Source: Eledone cirrhosa
Taxonomy: Eukaryota
Reading direction: 5' to 3'
Assembly (NCBI GenBank): GCA_964016885.1
Contig: OZ024764.1
Span: 16,058,001 to 16,122,000, forward strand
Length of the DNA stretch: 64,000 nt
This document shows, in pieces, positions 40,586 to 51,300 of the stretch. Every line of letters starts with the position of its first letter. Within the stretch, counting starts at the first letter, position 1. The notes beneath the pieces are model-generated. The model made no database searches, was not told the origin of the DNA, and saw nothing but the letters and a program-made list of their open reading frames with translations. The translations under genes and the position numbers were made by a program.

Positions 40586-42078
40586 GTTTAACAAGGTTCA
40601 ATGAATTCATCAATGAATATAGTTTTACAATAGATTAGAAGCACTCTACAGTAAGGTTTTCTGGAGTTATTAATATTACTTCAAAATATTAATAAATATA
40701 GACATTCATGTGATCAAATATATTTTATTATATATAGTTCAGAGGTACTGAGCTATTTCAACATTACGTCCTCATCAGATAAAATAAGTTGATGTCTGAC
40801 ATACCTTGACTATGTTGATGGTTATAATACTGTCATGACTAAATTATAACCATCAACATAGTCAAGGTATGTCAGACATCAACTTATTTTATCTGATGAG
40901 GACGTACTGTTGAAATAGCTCAGTACCTCTGAAATATGTATAATGATATATATTTGATCACATGAATGTCTATATTTATTAATATTTTGAAGTAATATAT
41001 CATCATCATCATCGTTTAACGTCCATCTTCCACGCTTGCATGGGTTTGGACGGGAGTTTTCCCACTTGAGGCAAGAGTGGTTGTCTTGCTCGCATAGGAC
41101 TGTCTGGCGGTTTTTATACGGCTGGATGCCCTTCCTAACACCAACCACGTTTACAGTGTGGACTGGGAGGTTTTTACCGTGTTACCTACACGGCCACATT
41201 ACAGCGTGGACTGTGTGTTTTTTTTGTCGTGACACCTACACGACCTCATTTGTTTCGGGCTGGATGTTGTGGTACCAACATAACTTTACATTGAAAGGGG
41301 TGGTGTAGATGGCAGTGGGGGTAGTGGGACGGGGGTGTATTTTGTTAGAGGTGCCTACTGACTGTAGTAGGTTTCACTTTGTACTTAGGCAAGGCGGGTC
41401 TTCTGTATAACTGTGTCGCGCCAAAGATCTCGGTCCAGTGACATTGTCTTGGAGAGGTGTAAGTGTGTGAGGTCGGAATTTATCAAGTCTTCCCAGGTTT
41501 TTCTGGGTCTGCCTACTCCGTGGCTACCGTCTATCTTTATTGCCCTGCACTTTTTTATACAGCTGTCATCTTTCATGCGCATCACGTGACCATACCAACG
41601 TAGTCTTCTCTCGAGTAAACAACATCTGATCCCGCTTATTTCTAATTTTTCCCTTAGTTCGTTTATGCTTTCCCGTTCACGTATATTACTATTACACATC
41701 CAGCGGAGCATGCAAGCTTCGTTTCTCTCCAGTCTGCGTATATCCTCTGCACACAATGCCCAGGTCTCACTGCCATGTAACATTGCTGTTCGTATGCAGG
41801 CATCATACAGCCTGCCTTTCATTTTATATATATATATACACACTTTGTTGTTTTGTCTAGCACTATACTTTTAAATGTGTTTATATCTCATTATTGTCCC
41901 TTAACTGTTAACTTCAGCTCTGTCGAGTGTCGAGGACTTGCGCCCTCTCCAGTCATGTGCAGCCCTCAAAGAACTGAATCTAGAAGGTAACCCTCTTGCA
42001 GAAGACGACCCTGAGTATCGCACCTCTGTACGACAGCTTCTACCCCAGCTGACACTGATTGACGGTGAGTCCCAGTAG
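20834..42078 (+). CDS. RABGGTA: Rab geranylgeranyltransferase type II alpha subunit, whole gene (13 coding exons, 1722 nt, 573 aa)
   Basis: Spliced translation [13 protein letters not shown]...[12 protein letters not shown]...[11 protein letters not shown]...DERNFHCWDYRR...[12 protein letters not shown]...[18 protein letters not shown], then the Ig-like region and C-terminal LRRs. All exon phases are consistent. Confidence 0.96.
21545..22115. repeat. GGT/GTA-rich degenerate satellite
   Basis: Direct inspection. Confidence 0.9.
22172..22282 (+). CDS. RABGGTA: RABGGTA exon 2
   Basis: ccag|[37 protein letters not shown]|gtatgt. Confidence 0.95.
22347..23066 (-). repeat. 71-bp array of the same MITE, opposite orientation, starting at an intact TIR
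   Basis: TTAACCCTTTAGCATTTACATTACTCTATATATAC...; reverse complement of the 17905 unit. Confidence 0.9.
23494..23618 (+). CDS. RABGGTA: RABGGTA exon 3
   Basis: tag|[41 protein letters not shown]|gtaggt. Confidence 0.95.
23683..26204. repeat. 51-bp minisatellite, about 49 copies
   Basis: Unit TAGTCCTAGATACACTGTGTCTGTATATAAGACAGGACACATTAGATAATG. Confidence 0.97.
26265..26452 (+). CDS. RABGGTA: RABGGTA exon 4
   Basis: cag|[33 protein letters not shown]...EIDERN|gtaagt. Confidence 0.96.
26460..28685. repeat. GTGTAG-rich satellite (26460-27465) followed by ACC/AAC trinucleotide tract (27570-28685)
   Basis: Direct inspection; fills RABGGTA intron 4. Confidence 0.92.
28712..28912 (+). CDS. RABGGTA: RABGGTA exon 5
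   Basis: cag|[10 protein letters not shown]...[16 protein letters not shown]...EEALLK|gtaatt. Confidence 0.95.
28925..30455 (+). repeat. 61-bp minisatellite (about 23 copies) derived from a CR1/Jockey-like LINE 3' end, followed by that LINE's 3' UTR
   Basis: Unit encodes [20 protein letters not shown], the same as the end of the LINE at 58383-59069. Confidence 0.92.
30531..30614 (+). CDS. RABGGTA: RABGGTA exon 6
   Basis: cag|[27 protein letters not shown]|gtacat. Confidence 0.95.
30750..31830 (+). mobile_element. 5'-truncated L1/Tx1-like LINE (C-terminal zf-RVT CCHC region, frameshifted) with 3' UTR
   Basis: [18 protein letters not shown]...LWGYVE motif; GC-rich; AATAAA near 31822; internal 27-bp x4 duplication. 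Confidence 0.8.
31995..33790. repeat. (CCTA)n degenerate microsatellite
   Basis: Direct inspection. Confidence 0.95.
33824..33906 (+). CDS. RABGGTA: RABGGTA exon 7
   Basis: tag|[27 protein letters not shown]|gtaagt; phases fit. Confidence 0.88.
35751..35858 (+). CDS. RABGGTA: RABGGTA exon 8
   Basis: cag|[36 protein letters not shown]|ATATCCTTT (U12 donor). Confidence 0.88.
36205..37240 (-). mobile_element. RTE-clade LINE 3' fragment with internal 80-bp x8 array (36450-37088)
   Basis: [16 protein letters not shown]...[10 protein letters not shown]...GRPRKTW, with (GAT)n tail. Confidence 0.9.
37520..37863 (-). mobile_element. Composite tRNA-head SINE with RTE-like (GAT)n tail
   Basis: Near-identical reverse complement of 40191-40530. 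Confidence 0.88.
37969..38135 (+). CDS. RABGGTA: RABGGTA exon 9
   Basis: [24 protein letters not shown]...METIF|gttggt. Confidence 0.82.
38330..38418 (+). CDS. RABGGTA: RABGGTA exon 10
   Basis: cag|[29 protein letters not shown]|gttagt. Confidence 0.93.
38685..38813 (+). CDS. RABGGTA: RABGGTA exon 11
   Basis: cag|(W)[12 protein letters not shown]...[13 protein letters not shown]|gtaagt. Confidence 0.93.
38897..39397. repeat. 33-bp minisatellite, about 15 copies
   Basis: Unit AAGACCCCACTCTCTACTGTAGTGTCCTTATAT. Confidence 0.93.
39765..40037 (+). CDS. RABGGTA: RABGGTA exon 12 (LRR domain)
   Basis: cag|SKMAIENQ...LDFSSNNI...[28 protein letters not shown]|GTATCCTTT. Confidence 0.93.
40191..40530 (+). 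mobile_element. Composite tRNA-head SINE with RTE-like tail
   Basis: TGGCTTAGTGGTTAGAGC A-box, GAGTTCAATTC B-box, ends GGACGTAAAGT(GAT)n. Confidence 0.88.
40673..40998. repeat. Long inverted repeat (about 155-bp arms, about 14-bp spacer)
   Basis: Arms are reverse-complementary with few mismatches. Confidence 0.95.
41385..41825 (-). mobile_element. RTE-clade LINE 3' ORF fragment
   Basis: [20 protein letters not shown]...[12 protein letters not shown]...GRPRKTW. Confidence 0.9.
41918..42078 (+). CDS. RABGGTA: RABGGTA exon 13 (terminal; LRR cap)
   Basis: [52 protein letters not shown]; a possible alternative donor g|gtgagt lies at 42065. Confidence 0.9.
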
Positions 42079-42748
42079 ACTAACAACAGCAACAACAACA
42101 ACAACAACAATAATAATAATAATAATAACAAGGAGGAGAGAGAGAGAGGGAGAGGAGGAGAAATGTGAGGAACACATTGGACGTGATGTAGTCCTAGGTA
42201 GCCATGTGTTGCAGCTGATGTGTAAAACAGCTGGAAGAGATCTCTCGAAGTTTGGCCCAGGGTTTAAACACCAGCGTATCACTGGTATGCTCCTAAAATG
42301 ACTCTATTTCATTTGATTTCAGTAAATATATATTTATGTCATTCAAAATTCAATAGGACCAAGTATCAGTAGAGGGTCGGACGCCATGCTTTGCAGCATA
42401 GAGTGGCGGCCCTTTACGGTCTGAGTTCAAATCCCGCCGAGGTTAATTTTGCCTTTCATCCTTACGGGGGTCGATAAAATAAAGTACCAGTCACGCACTG
42501 GGGTCAATTTAATCGACAACTCTATGCACCATGATTTGCAGCATAGAGTGGCGGCCCTTTATGGTCTGAGTTCAAATCCCGCCGAGGTTAACTTTGCCTT
42601 TCATCCTTACGGGGTCGATAAAATAAAGAACCAGTCATGTACTGAGGACCTCTTGTATAAGGACACTACAGCAGACAAGGGCCGTAACTCTATGCGTCAA
42701 AGCATGGTGTCCGACCCTCTACCGATACTGCCAATCCAAATGAAGTAA

Positions 42749-42826
42749 CTTTACTGATGATATATGTGTTTTTTTTCCTCCACAATTGACGAGATACTCT
42801 GGCCACATTGAAACGGCCGTAGAGAT
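42749..42826 (+). ncRNA. Minimal hammerhead-like motif with palindromic loop 3
   Basis: CTGATGA (42754) ... stem ATGTG/CACAT ... GAAAC-GGCC-GTA; stem I is weak. Confidence 0.45.
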
Positions 42827-43202
42827 GTATAAATAAATAATAATAATAATTCTTGGTCGCATTGAATTTTGAATTATAAATGTTCTGCTACTGTAACTCT
42901 TCAATCCTGAAGATCGGAAGGTAAAAATGTGCATTGTGCTTAACTTATCTTACCAATGAAGATAGTATATATATATGTACACACGTATATATATATATGT
43001 ACACACACATATATATATATATATATGTACACACATATATATATATATGTACACACACATATATATATATGTACACACACATATATATATATATATGTAC
43101 ACACATATATATATATATGTACACACACACATATATATATATATATGTACACACATATATATATATATGTACACACATATATATATATATATATATATGT
43201 GT

Positions 43203-43243
<41 letters not shown>

Positions 43244-43292
43244 AGGTAATTCCAAAGGATATAGAGTGCTCTATGTATAGAACAGAGCTGTT

Positions 43293-43530
43293 TAATTAGA
43301 AAGTGAACAACACAAGATATAACTACTCCATTAGCAAAGGTTTCTGGATCACAGACGGTAATAAAATATGTCAGGATTGTTCATCAGACAGAGATGTTAT
43401 AGATAAAAGATATCTTTTATCTATAACATCTCTGTCTGATGAACAATCCAGACATATTTTATTACCGTCTGTGATCCAGAAACCTTTGCTAATGGAGTAG
43501 TTATATCTTGTGTTGTTCACTTTCTAATTA
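43293..43530. repeat. Spacer-less palindrome (119-bp arms)
   Basis: Centre at 43411/43412; one mismatch seen. Confidence 0.95.
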
Positions 43531-43744
43531 TATATATATATATTTATATATATAATTGACTTCTACAGAACCAAAACTGTTTCGTATGAAATCATCAGAA
43601 TAATTTCATATGAATGAAACAGTTCTAGTCCTGTAGAAGTCATTTCTGTATAAAATAAAAATGCTTATACTCTACCAATGCCTTGAGTACCTTTTTTTAA
43701 CTGTAGTTACTCCCCAACACAACTCAGGAATCTACATTATTTAT

Positions 43745-44640
43745 ATATCATCATCATCATCGATTAACGTCCATCTTCCACACTTGCATGGGTTAGACGG
43801 GTTTGTCCCATTTAGAGGCAAGCTGGGTCGGGTGAGCATGTCTCGATCATTGTCAATGATGATGCTACACCAGTCATTGGGTATGACCCCATTTTGTATT
43901 ACTTGGTTTACTATCCGGGTAACTAGGGTATGTCCCACCATCCCAAATGCTTTCAACATCTCAGCAACTTAGCCCGAAGGTCCAGCTGCCTTGCCTGTCT
44001 TCATATTTCTGATTTCCTTACTTACTATACTACTACTGCTAACTTGCACAGCTGGTCCCCCTGTTGAGTCAATGTGGAGCAAACTATCTTTATCCCATTT
44101 ATTCTCCTCATTTAGTAGTCTCTTGTAGTGGTACTTCCATACTACCTTCTTATCAGTGAGGGCAAGTACTCCGTGATCATTGTGGACACACTTCTCTCCA
44201 ACAATATCACAATTTTCCTTGCAATTCTGAACACTTTACACCTTTGGTCCTCACATTGCAGAAAATTCTTAAATTTTTTTCTTGTTTCTCTTCTTGCAAA
44301 GACACTTGTCACCTCGCTTCTCTCCTAGTCTCCTAGCCTCCTGAGTGTTCTTTGCTTCTGCCATCCTGCCATTCTTTCTATACCTGCCTTTTGGCTTTAA
44401 TTGTCTCCTCCACTACGAAGTTACACTCTTCCCTGAAGGTCTTCTCCAGCCACAGATTTCATTTGTTGCCTTCAGTAGATTATCTTTCAGGAATTCCCAC
44501 TGTTCCTCTATATTGCATGTCCCTATTTGCTCTTCCTTACTGTCAAAAGCGTCAAGTAACATGCCTTTAAATTTGTTACTGGCTGTGGGGTCCTTCAACT
44601 TCTACATTCTTCTCCTCAAGAAGCCTGACTGTAAGGTCGC
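43745..44640 (-). mobile_element. Degenerate RTE LINE fragment (endonuclease-RT linker region)
   Basis: EEQWEFLKDNLLKATNEICGW; KAAGPSG...EMLKA...VIPNDWCS. Confidence 0.75.
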
Positions 44641-45024
44641 TATTAGGTTATGTTGGGAGGTGCATTTTTCACCATATATATATTTTTTTTTTTTTTTTTG
44701 TGGAGCGAGAGACTCCTAGTCTTTATTAAGACATCTCTCTAGAAGGTCACTCTGATATAAAACCTGTGACATCCAATGATGTAGACCAGTTATTCTTTTT
44801 GGGTAAATGCTTTCAATGTTCAGAGAGTGGGATTGGCCCCGTGCAAAGCCTTTCCTCACTTAAAAAAGCTTCATTTCTTAATGACATTTTTTGCAATGCA
44901 TGATATTGCTGGCCATGGGCAAGTCCCTAGCAGGACTAAACTGCCATGTTTGTGTTGTTCATGCTTAAGTATCAAGTGATGGCATTACTCAAGACCGAGT
45001 TGCAGCCATCATGTATACATGAGC

Positions 45025-45071
<47 letters not shown>

Positions 45072-45259
45072 TGCTGTACGTCAGGGAGGTATCTATTTGA
45101 TTCCACCAGGAATTAATCCAATGGTATAAACAGTTTTGTACCAAAGAACAAGATCTGGTTTCACATGCCTTTGTATCATATAAAAATGGTCAGAAGACTG
45201 AAGACAGAAAACCCCCCAAAAAATAAAACAGTCTTGGTTTCAGGAAAAATATTTTATTT

Positions 45260-45382
45260 CTAAACTTTGGGTTTTAATTGGTTCTTTATAATTTCTTCTC
45301 TTTGTTGTTCTTTAGCTGCCACCCTTTCCTTGTGTGCCTCTTTAGCCTCCATTATCTCTGCAACATATGTAGCCACTGTCGA
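45260..45382 (-). CDS. MRPL52: MRPL52 exon 5
   Basis: cag|STVATYVAEIMEAKEAHKERVAAKEQQREEIIKNQLKPKV*. Confidence 0.92.
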   Translation of the reverse strand, partial: STVATYVAEIMEAKEAHKERVAAKEQQREEIIKNQLKPKV

Positions 45383-48300
45383 CTGAAGAGAAAAGAAAAA
45401 TAGAAGAAAGGATGGTAATACTTCAAAAATTATTACTGCATTTCCCAGCATTGAAGACTGCTTTTTTCCTAAAATAAGTCTCAAAAATCTACCATGCATC
45501 CTGGAGGCCGAACGTTGTTCATTATTTTTTTTCAAAGGTGGTGGATTGGCAGTATCGGTAGAGGGTCGGATGCCATGCTTTGACGCATAGCGTTAGCCAT
45601 TCTGAGGTTAACTTTGCCTTTCATCCTTACAGGGTCGATAAAATAAAGTACCAGTAATGTACTGGGCTAATTGCTGGCCTTGTGCCAAAAGTAGAAACAA
45701 TTATTATTGTTTTAAGGGCAGTTGACTGGCAGTATTGGTGGAGGGTCTGACACCATACTTTGCAGCATAAAGTTATGGCCTTGTGCCAAAAGTAGAAACA
45801 ATTATTTTTTTTGAAATTTTTGGTTGTCAAAATTAGGGTCCGTCCTCGAGGACGAAGTATCTTTGGTGCCAGGAAATATGGTAATATTCTTTTGTTCTCT
45901 TCCTATTCACATAATTTCTGAGCTGACTAATTTAGTTATAAATATCTACAAATGGAAGCTATGGAGTAGGAAGACCCAGGAAGACTTGGGACGAGGTGAT
46001 AAAAGCTGACCCATAGGATGGAGATCTTTGGTGTTTTGCAGTAATACAGAGGACACGTCTTCCCATGTGCACAGACTCAAACATACCTAGTAGGCACCTC
46101 TTAACCACTATAAACCCACTACTCCTGTCCACACCACCTTTACACTGTGAACATTCATACATACATCCCATAATTTCTTTTTCACTTATATATAAGCATA
46201 TACAAACACAATACCTGTATAAAAGATAGGACACATTAAATAATGTAGTCCTAGGTACACTGTGTCTGTATATAAGACAGGACACATTAGATAATGTAGT
46301 CCTAGGTACACTGTGTCTGTATATAAGACAGGACACATTAGATAATGTAGTCCTAGATACACTGTGTCTGTATATAAGACAGGACACATTAGATAATGTA
46401 GTCCTAGGTAAACTGTGTCTGTATATAAGACAGGACACATTAGATAATGTAGTCCTAGATACACTGTGTCTGTATATAAGACAGGACACATTAGATAATG
46501 TAGTCCTAGATACACTGTGTCTGTATATAAGACAGGACACATTAGATAATGAAGTCCTAGATACACTGTGTCTGTATATAAGACAAGACACATTAGATAA
46601 TGTAGTCCTAGATACACTGTGTCTGTATATAAGACAGGACACATTAGATAATGTAGTCCTAGATACACTGTGTCTGTATATAAGACAGGACACATTAGAT
46701 AGTGTAGTCCTAGATACACTGTGTCTGTATATAAGACAGGACACATTAGATAATGTAGTCCTAGATACACTGTGTCTGTATATAAGACAGGACACATTAG
46801 ATAATGTAGTCCTAGGTAGACTGTGTCTGTATATAAGACAGGACACATTAGATAATGTAGTCCTAGATACACTGTGTCTGTATATAAGACAGGACACATT
46901 AGATAATGTAGTCCTAGATACACTGTGTCTGTATATAAGACAGGACACATTAGATAATGTAGTCCTAGATACACTGTGTCTGTATATAAGACAGGACACA
47001 TTAGATAGTGTAGTCCTAGATACACTGTGTCTGTATATAAGACAGGACACATTAGATAATGTAGTCCTAGATACACTGTGTCTGTATATAAGACAGGACA
47101 CATTAGATAATGTAGTCCTAGGTAGACTGTGTCTGTATATAAGACAGGACACATTAGATAATGTAGTCCTAGATACACTGTGTCTGTATATAAGACAGGA
47201 CACATTAGATAATGTAGTCCTAGATACACTGTGTCTGTATATAAGACAGGACACATTAGATAATGTAGTCCTAGATACACTGTGTCTGTATATAAGACAG
47301 GACACATTAGATAGTGTAGTCCTAGATACACTGTGTCTGTATATAAGACAGGACACATTAGATAATGTAGTCCTAGATACACTGTGTCTGTATATAAGAC
47401 AGGACACATTAGATAGTGTAGTCCTAGATACACTGTGTCTGTATATAAGACAGGACACATTAGATAATGTAGTCCTAGATACACTGTGTCTGTATATAAG
47501 ACAGGACACATTAGATAGTGTAGTCCTAGATACACTGTGTCTGTATATAAGACAGGACACATTAGATAATGTAGTCTTAGATACACTGTGTCTGTATATA
47601 AGACAGGACACATTAGATAATGTAGTCCTAGATACACTGTGTCTGTATATAAGACAGGACACATGAGACAATGTAGTCCTAGATACACTGTGTCTGTATA
47701 AAAGACAGGACACATTAGACAATGTAGTCCTAGATACACTGTGTCTGTATATAAGACAGGACACATGAGACAATGTAGTCCTAGATACACTGTGTCTGTA
47801 TATAAGACAGGACACATGAGACAATGTAGTCCTAGATACACTGTGTCTGTATATAAGACAGGACACATTAGATAATGTAGTCCTAGATACACTGTGTCTA
47901 TAAAAAAAGGATGGTTACAACTGGAACATCCTTGATCATAGGTCTGCTGGATCAAGGCTGACCAGGGGATAAATAATGACAGAATCAAATCAAACAATAT
48001 ACTCACTGCCATTTCAATTCTCTTCTTCCGTCTTACAACCTGCCGCATGCTGAGTTCTGAGGGTCGGCCATCTATGGAAGGGGGCAGAGAGAAGGACAAT
48101 AACAGGTTAGCTGGGATTTCAGTAGAAAAAGACGCAACATTACTACAATATATGTTGCTACTCACAGGTCCTAAATAATAGTGGGGGGGGGGGAATAAGC
48201 GGGAAGAGGTCGGTAATTTTTCTAGGCAACACACTAGGATCGACTTTCCCTTTTCTCCAAAAATTTGTTGGCCTTCAGTCTAAATCAGAAATTTATTATA

Positions 48301-51300
48301 GTTATAGTCCACACTGTAAAGTGGTCATGTAGGAGACACGGTAAAAAGGCTCCCAGTCCACACTGTAAAATGGTCATGTAGGAGACACAGTAAAAAGGCT
48401 CCCAGTCCACACTGTAAAGTGGTCGTGTAGGAGACACGGTAAAAAGGCTCCCAGTCCACACTGTAAAATGGTCATGTAGGAGACACAGTAAAAAGGCTCC
48501 CAGTCCACACTGTAAACTGGTCATGTAGGAGACACAGTAAAAAGGCTCCCAGTCCACACTGTAAAGTGGTCATGTAGGGGACACAGTAAAAAGGCTCCCA
48601 GTCCACACTGTAAAGTGGTCGTGAAGGAGACACGGTAAAAAGGCTCCCAGTCCACACTGTAAAATGGTCATGTAGGAGACACGGTAAAAAGGCTCCCAGT
48701 CCACACTGTAAAGTGGTCATGTAGGAGACACAGTAAAAAGGCTCCCAGTCCACACTGTAAAGTGGTCATGTAGGAGACACAGTAAAAAGGCTCCCAGTCC
48801 ACACTGTAAACTGGTCATGTAGGAGACACAGTAAAAAGGCTCCCAGTCCACACTGTAAAGTGGTCATGTAGGAGACACAGTAAAAAGGCTCCCAGTCCAC
48901 ACTGTAAAGTGGTCGTGAAGGAGACACGGTAAAAAGGCTCCCAGTCCACACTGTAAAATGGTCATGTAGGAGACACGGTAAAAAGGCTCCCAGTCCACAC
49001 TGTAAAGTGGTCATGTAGGAGACACAGTAAAAAGGCTCCCAGTCCACACAGTAAAAAGGCTCCCAGTCCACACTGTAAAGTGGTCGTGAAGGAGACACGG
49101 TAAAAAGGCTCCCAGTCCACACTGTAAAATGGTCATGTAGGAGACACGGTAAAAAGGCTCCCAGTCCACACTGTAAAGTGGTCATGTAGGAGACACAGTA
49201 AAAAGGCTCCCAGTCCACACAGTAAAAAGGCTCCCAGTCCACACTGTAAAGTGGTCGTGAAGGAGACACGGTAAAAAGGCTCCCAGTCCACACTGTAAAA
49301 TGGTCATGTAGGAGACACAGTAAAAAGGCTCCCAGTCCACACTGTAAAGTGGTCATGTAGGAGACACAGTAAAAAGGCTCCCAGTCCACACTGTAAAGTG
49401 GTCATGTAGGTGACAGTAAAAAGGCTCCCAGTCCACACTGTAAAGTGGTCATGTAGGAGACAGTAAAAAGGCTCCCAGTCCACACTGTAAAGTGGTGGTC
49501 ATGTAGGAGACACAGTAAAAGGCTCCCAGTCCACACTGTAAAGTGGTCATGTAGGAGACACAGTAAAAAGGCTCCCAGTCCACACTGTAAACTGGTCATG
49601 TAGGAGACACAGTAAAAAGGGTCCCAGTCCACACTGTAAAGAGGTTGTGTAGGAGACATGGTAAAAAGGCTCCCAGTCCACACTGTAAAATGGTCATGTA
49701 GGTGACAGTAAAAAGGCTCCCAGTCCACACTGTAAAGTGGTCATGTAGGGGACATGGTAAAAAGGCTCCCAGTCCACACTGTAAAACGGTCATATAGGTG
49801 ACACAGTAAAAAGGCTCCCAGTCCACACTGTAAAATGGTCATGTAGGGGACACAGTAAAAAGGCTCCCAGTCCACACTGTAAATGTGGTTGGTGTTAGGA
49901 AGGGCATCCAGCCGTAGAAAACCTGCCAGATAGTCCTATACGAGCGAGACACGGTCACCCGACCAATCTTGCCTCAAGTGGGACAACTCCCATCTAACCC
50001 ATGCTAGCGTGGAAGATAGACGTTAAACGATGATGATGATGACATATATGATACCACAACACCACCACCGCTACTTACCGAGATATGTGTAGTCTGGGAG
50101 GTCTGTGAGAGGTCCATAACTTGAGTTATTCTCAGCTTGTCCTTTGCTGGAATTAAGAATGTTTTAACATATACTATAATTATCAATGTTTCTAATAAGT
50201 GGCTGAGCGTTCCACTGAGACGGGTACTTCTTACCTTAGTTCTCAGGGAGATTCAGTGTGTAACAAGGCTGGTCTTTTGAATTATAGCTACAGAAGTTGC
50301 TGAACATTCCACTGAGACACGGGTACCTCAACATAGTTCTCAGGGAGATTCAGTGTGTAACAAGGCTGGTCTTTTGAATTATAGCTACAGAAGTTGCTGA
50401 ACATTCCACTGAGACACGGGTACCTCAACATAGTTCTCAGGGAGATTCAGTGTGTAACAAGGCTGGTCTTTTGAATTATAGCTACAGAAGTTGCCGAACA
50501 TTCCACTGAGACAGGGGTACCTCAACATAGTTCTCAGGGAGATTCAGTGTGTAACAAGGCTGGTCTTTTGAATCATAGCTACAGAAGTTGCCGAACATTC
50601 CACTGAGACAGGGGTACCTCAACATAGTTCTCAGGGAGATTCAGTGTGTAACAAGGCTGGTCTTTTGAATTATAGCTACAGAAGTTGCTGAACATTCCAC
50701 TGAGACAGGGGTACCTCAACATAGTTCTCAGGGAGATTCAGTGTGTAACAAGGTTATATTCATATGTGTTGAGTACTTATTCAATTAATGTTTGAGTGAG
50801 AAAGGGAGAGAGGGCGACAGGAAGAGAGAGTATAACATTGAGACTACTTACTCATATCTATATTTCGAACCAGCAGAAAGAGCAGAAGTGGTTGTGACAT
50901 GGCGTACGGCACCTGGGGCCACAGCAGCACACAACCTTAATTCTGAAAAATAGAAATATTACATGTCTATTTTTTTTTTTGCAAAATTCTTAATGTGAAA
51001 TTGTGTAATGGAACAAATATTAGATATGCGTACGAAAGGCTGGTTATATGATGCCTGTGTGAGATGCACGATGCTGCATGGTAGTGAGACATGGGCAGCA
51101 ACTGCAGAGGATATGCGACGGCTGGAGAGAAATAAAACAAGCATGCTCTGTTGGATGTGCAACGTCAATGTGTGTGAACGACCCAGCGTAGATGTGTTGA
51201 GAGAGAAACTGTGTATAAGAGGGATAAGTTGTGGTGTGTGGGAGAGAAGACTGAGATGGTATGGACATGTGATGTGTTGAGAGAGAAACTGTGTATAAGA

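Larger units (their letters stand above)
40038..41917 (+). other. U12-type GT-AG intron
   Basis: 5' GTATCCTTTC; branch site TCCCTTAAC at 41897-41905; CAG acceptor about 13 nt downstream with no long polypyrimidine tract. Confidence 0.9.

Noticed and set aside
42647-42675. GACCTCTTGTATAA shared between this non-coding spot and the coding repeat at 8770
   Set aside because: A short match of about 14 nt; insufficient to claim a common origin without statistics
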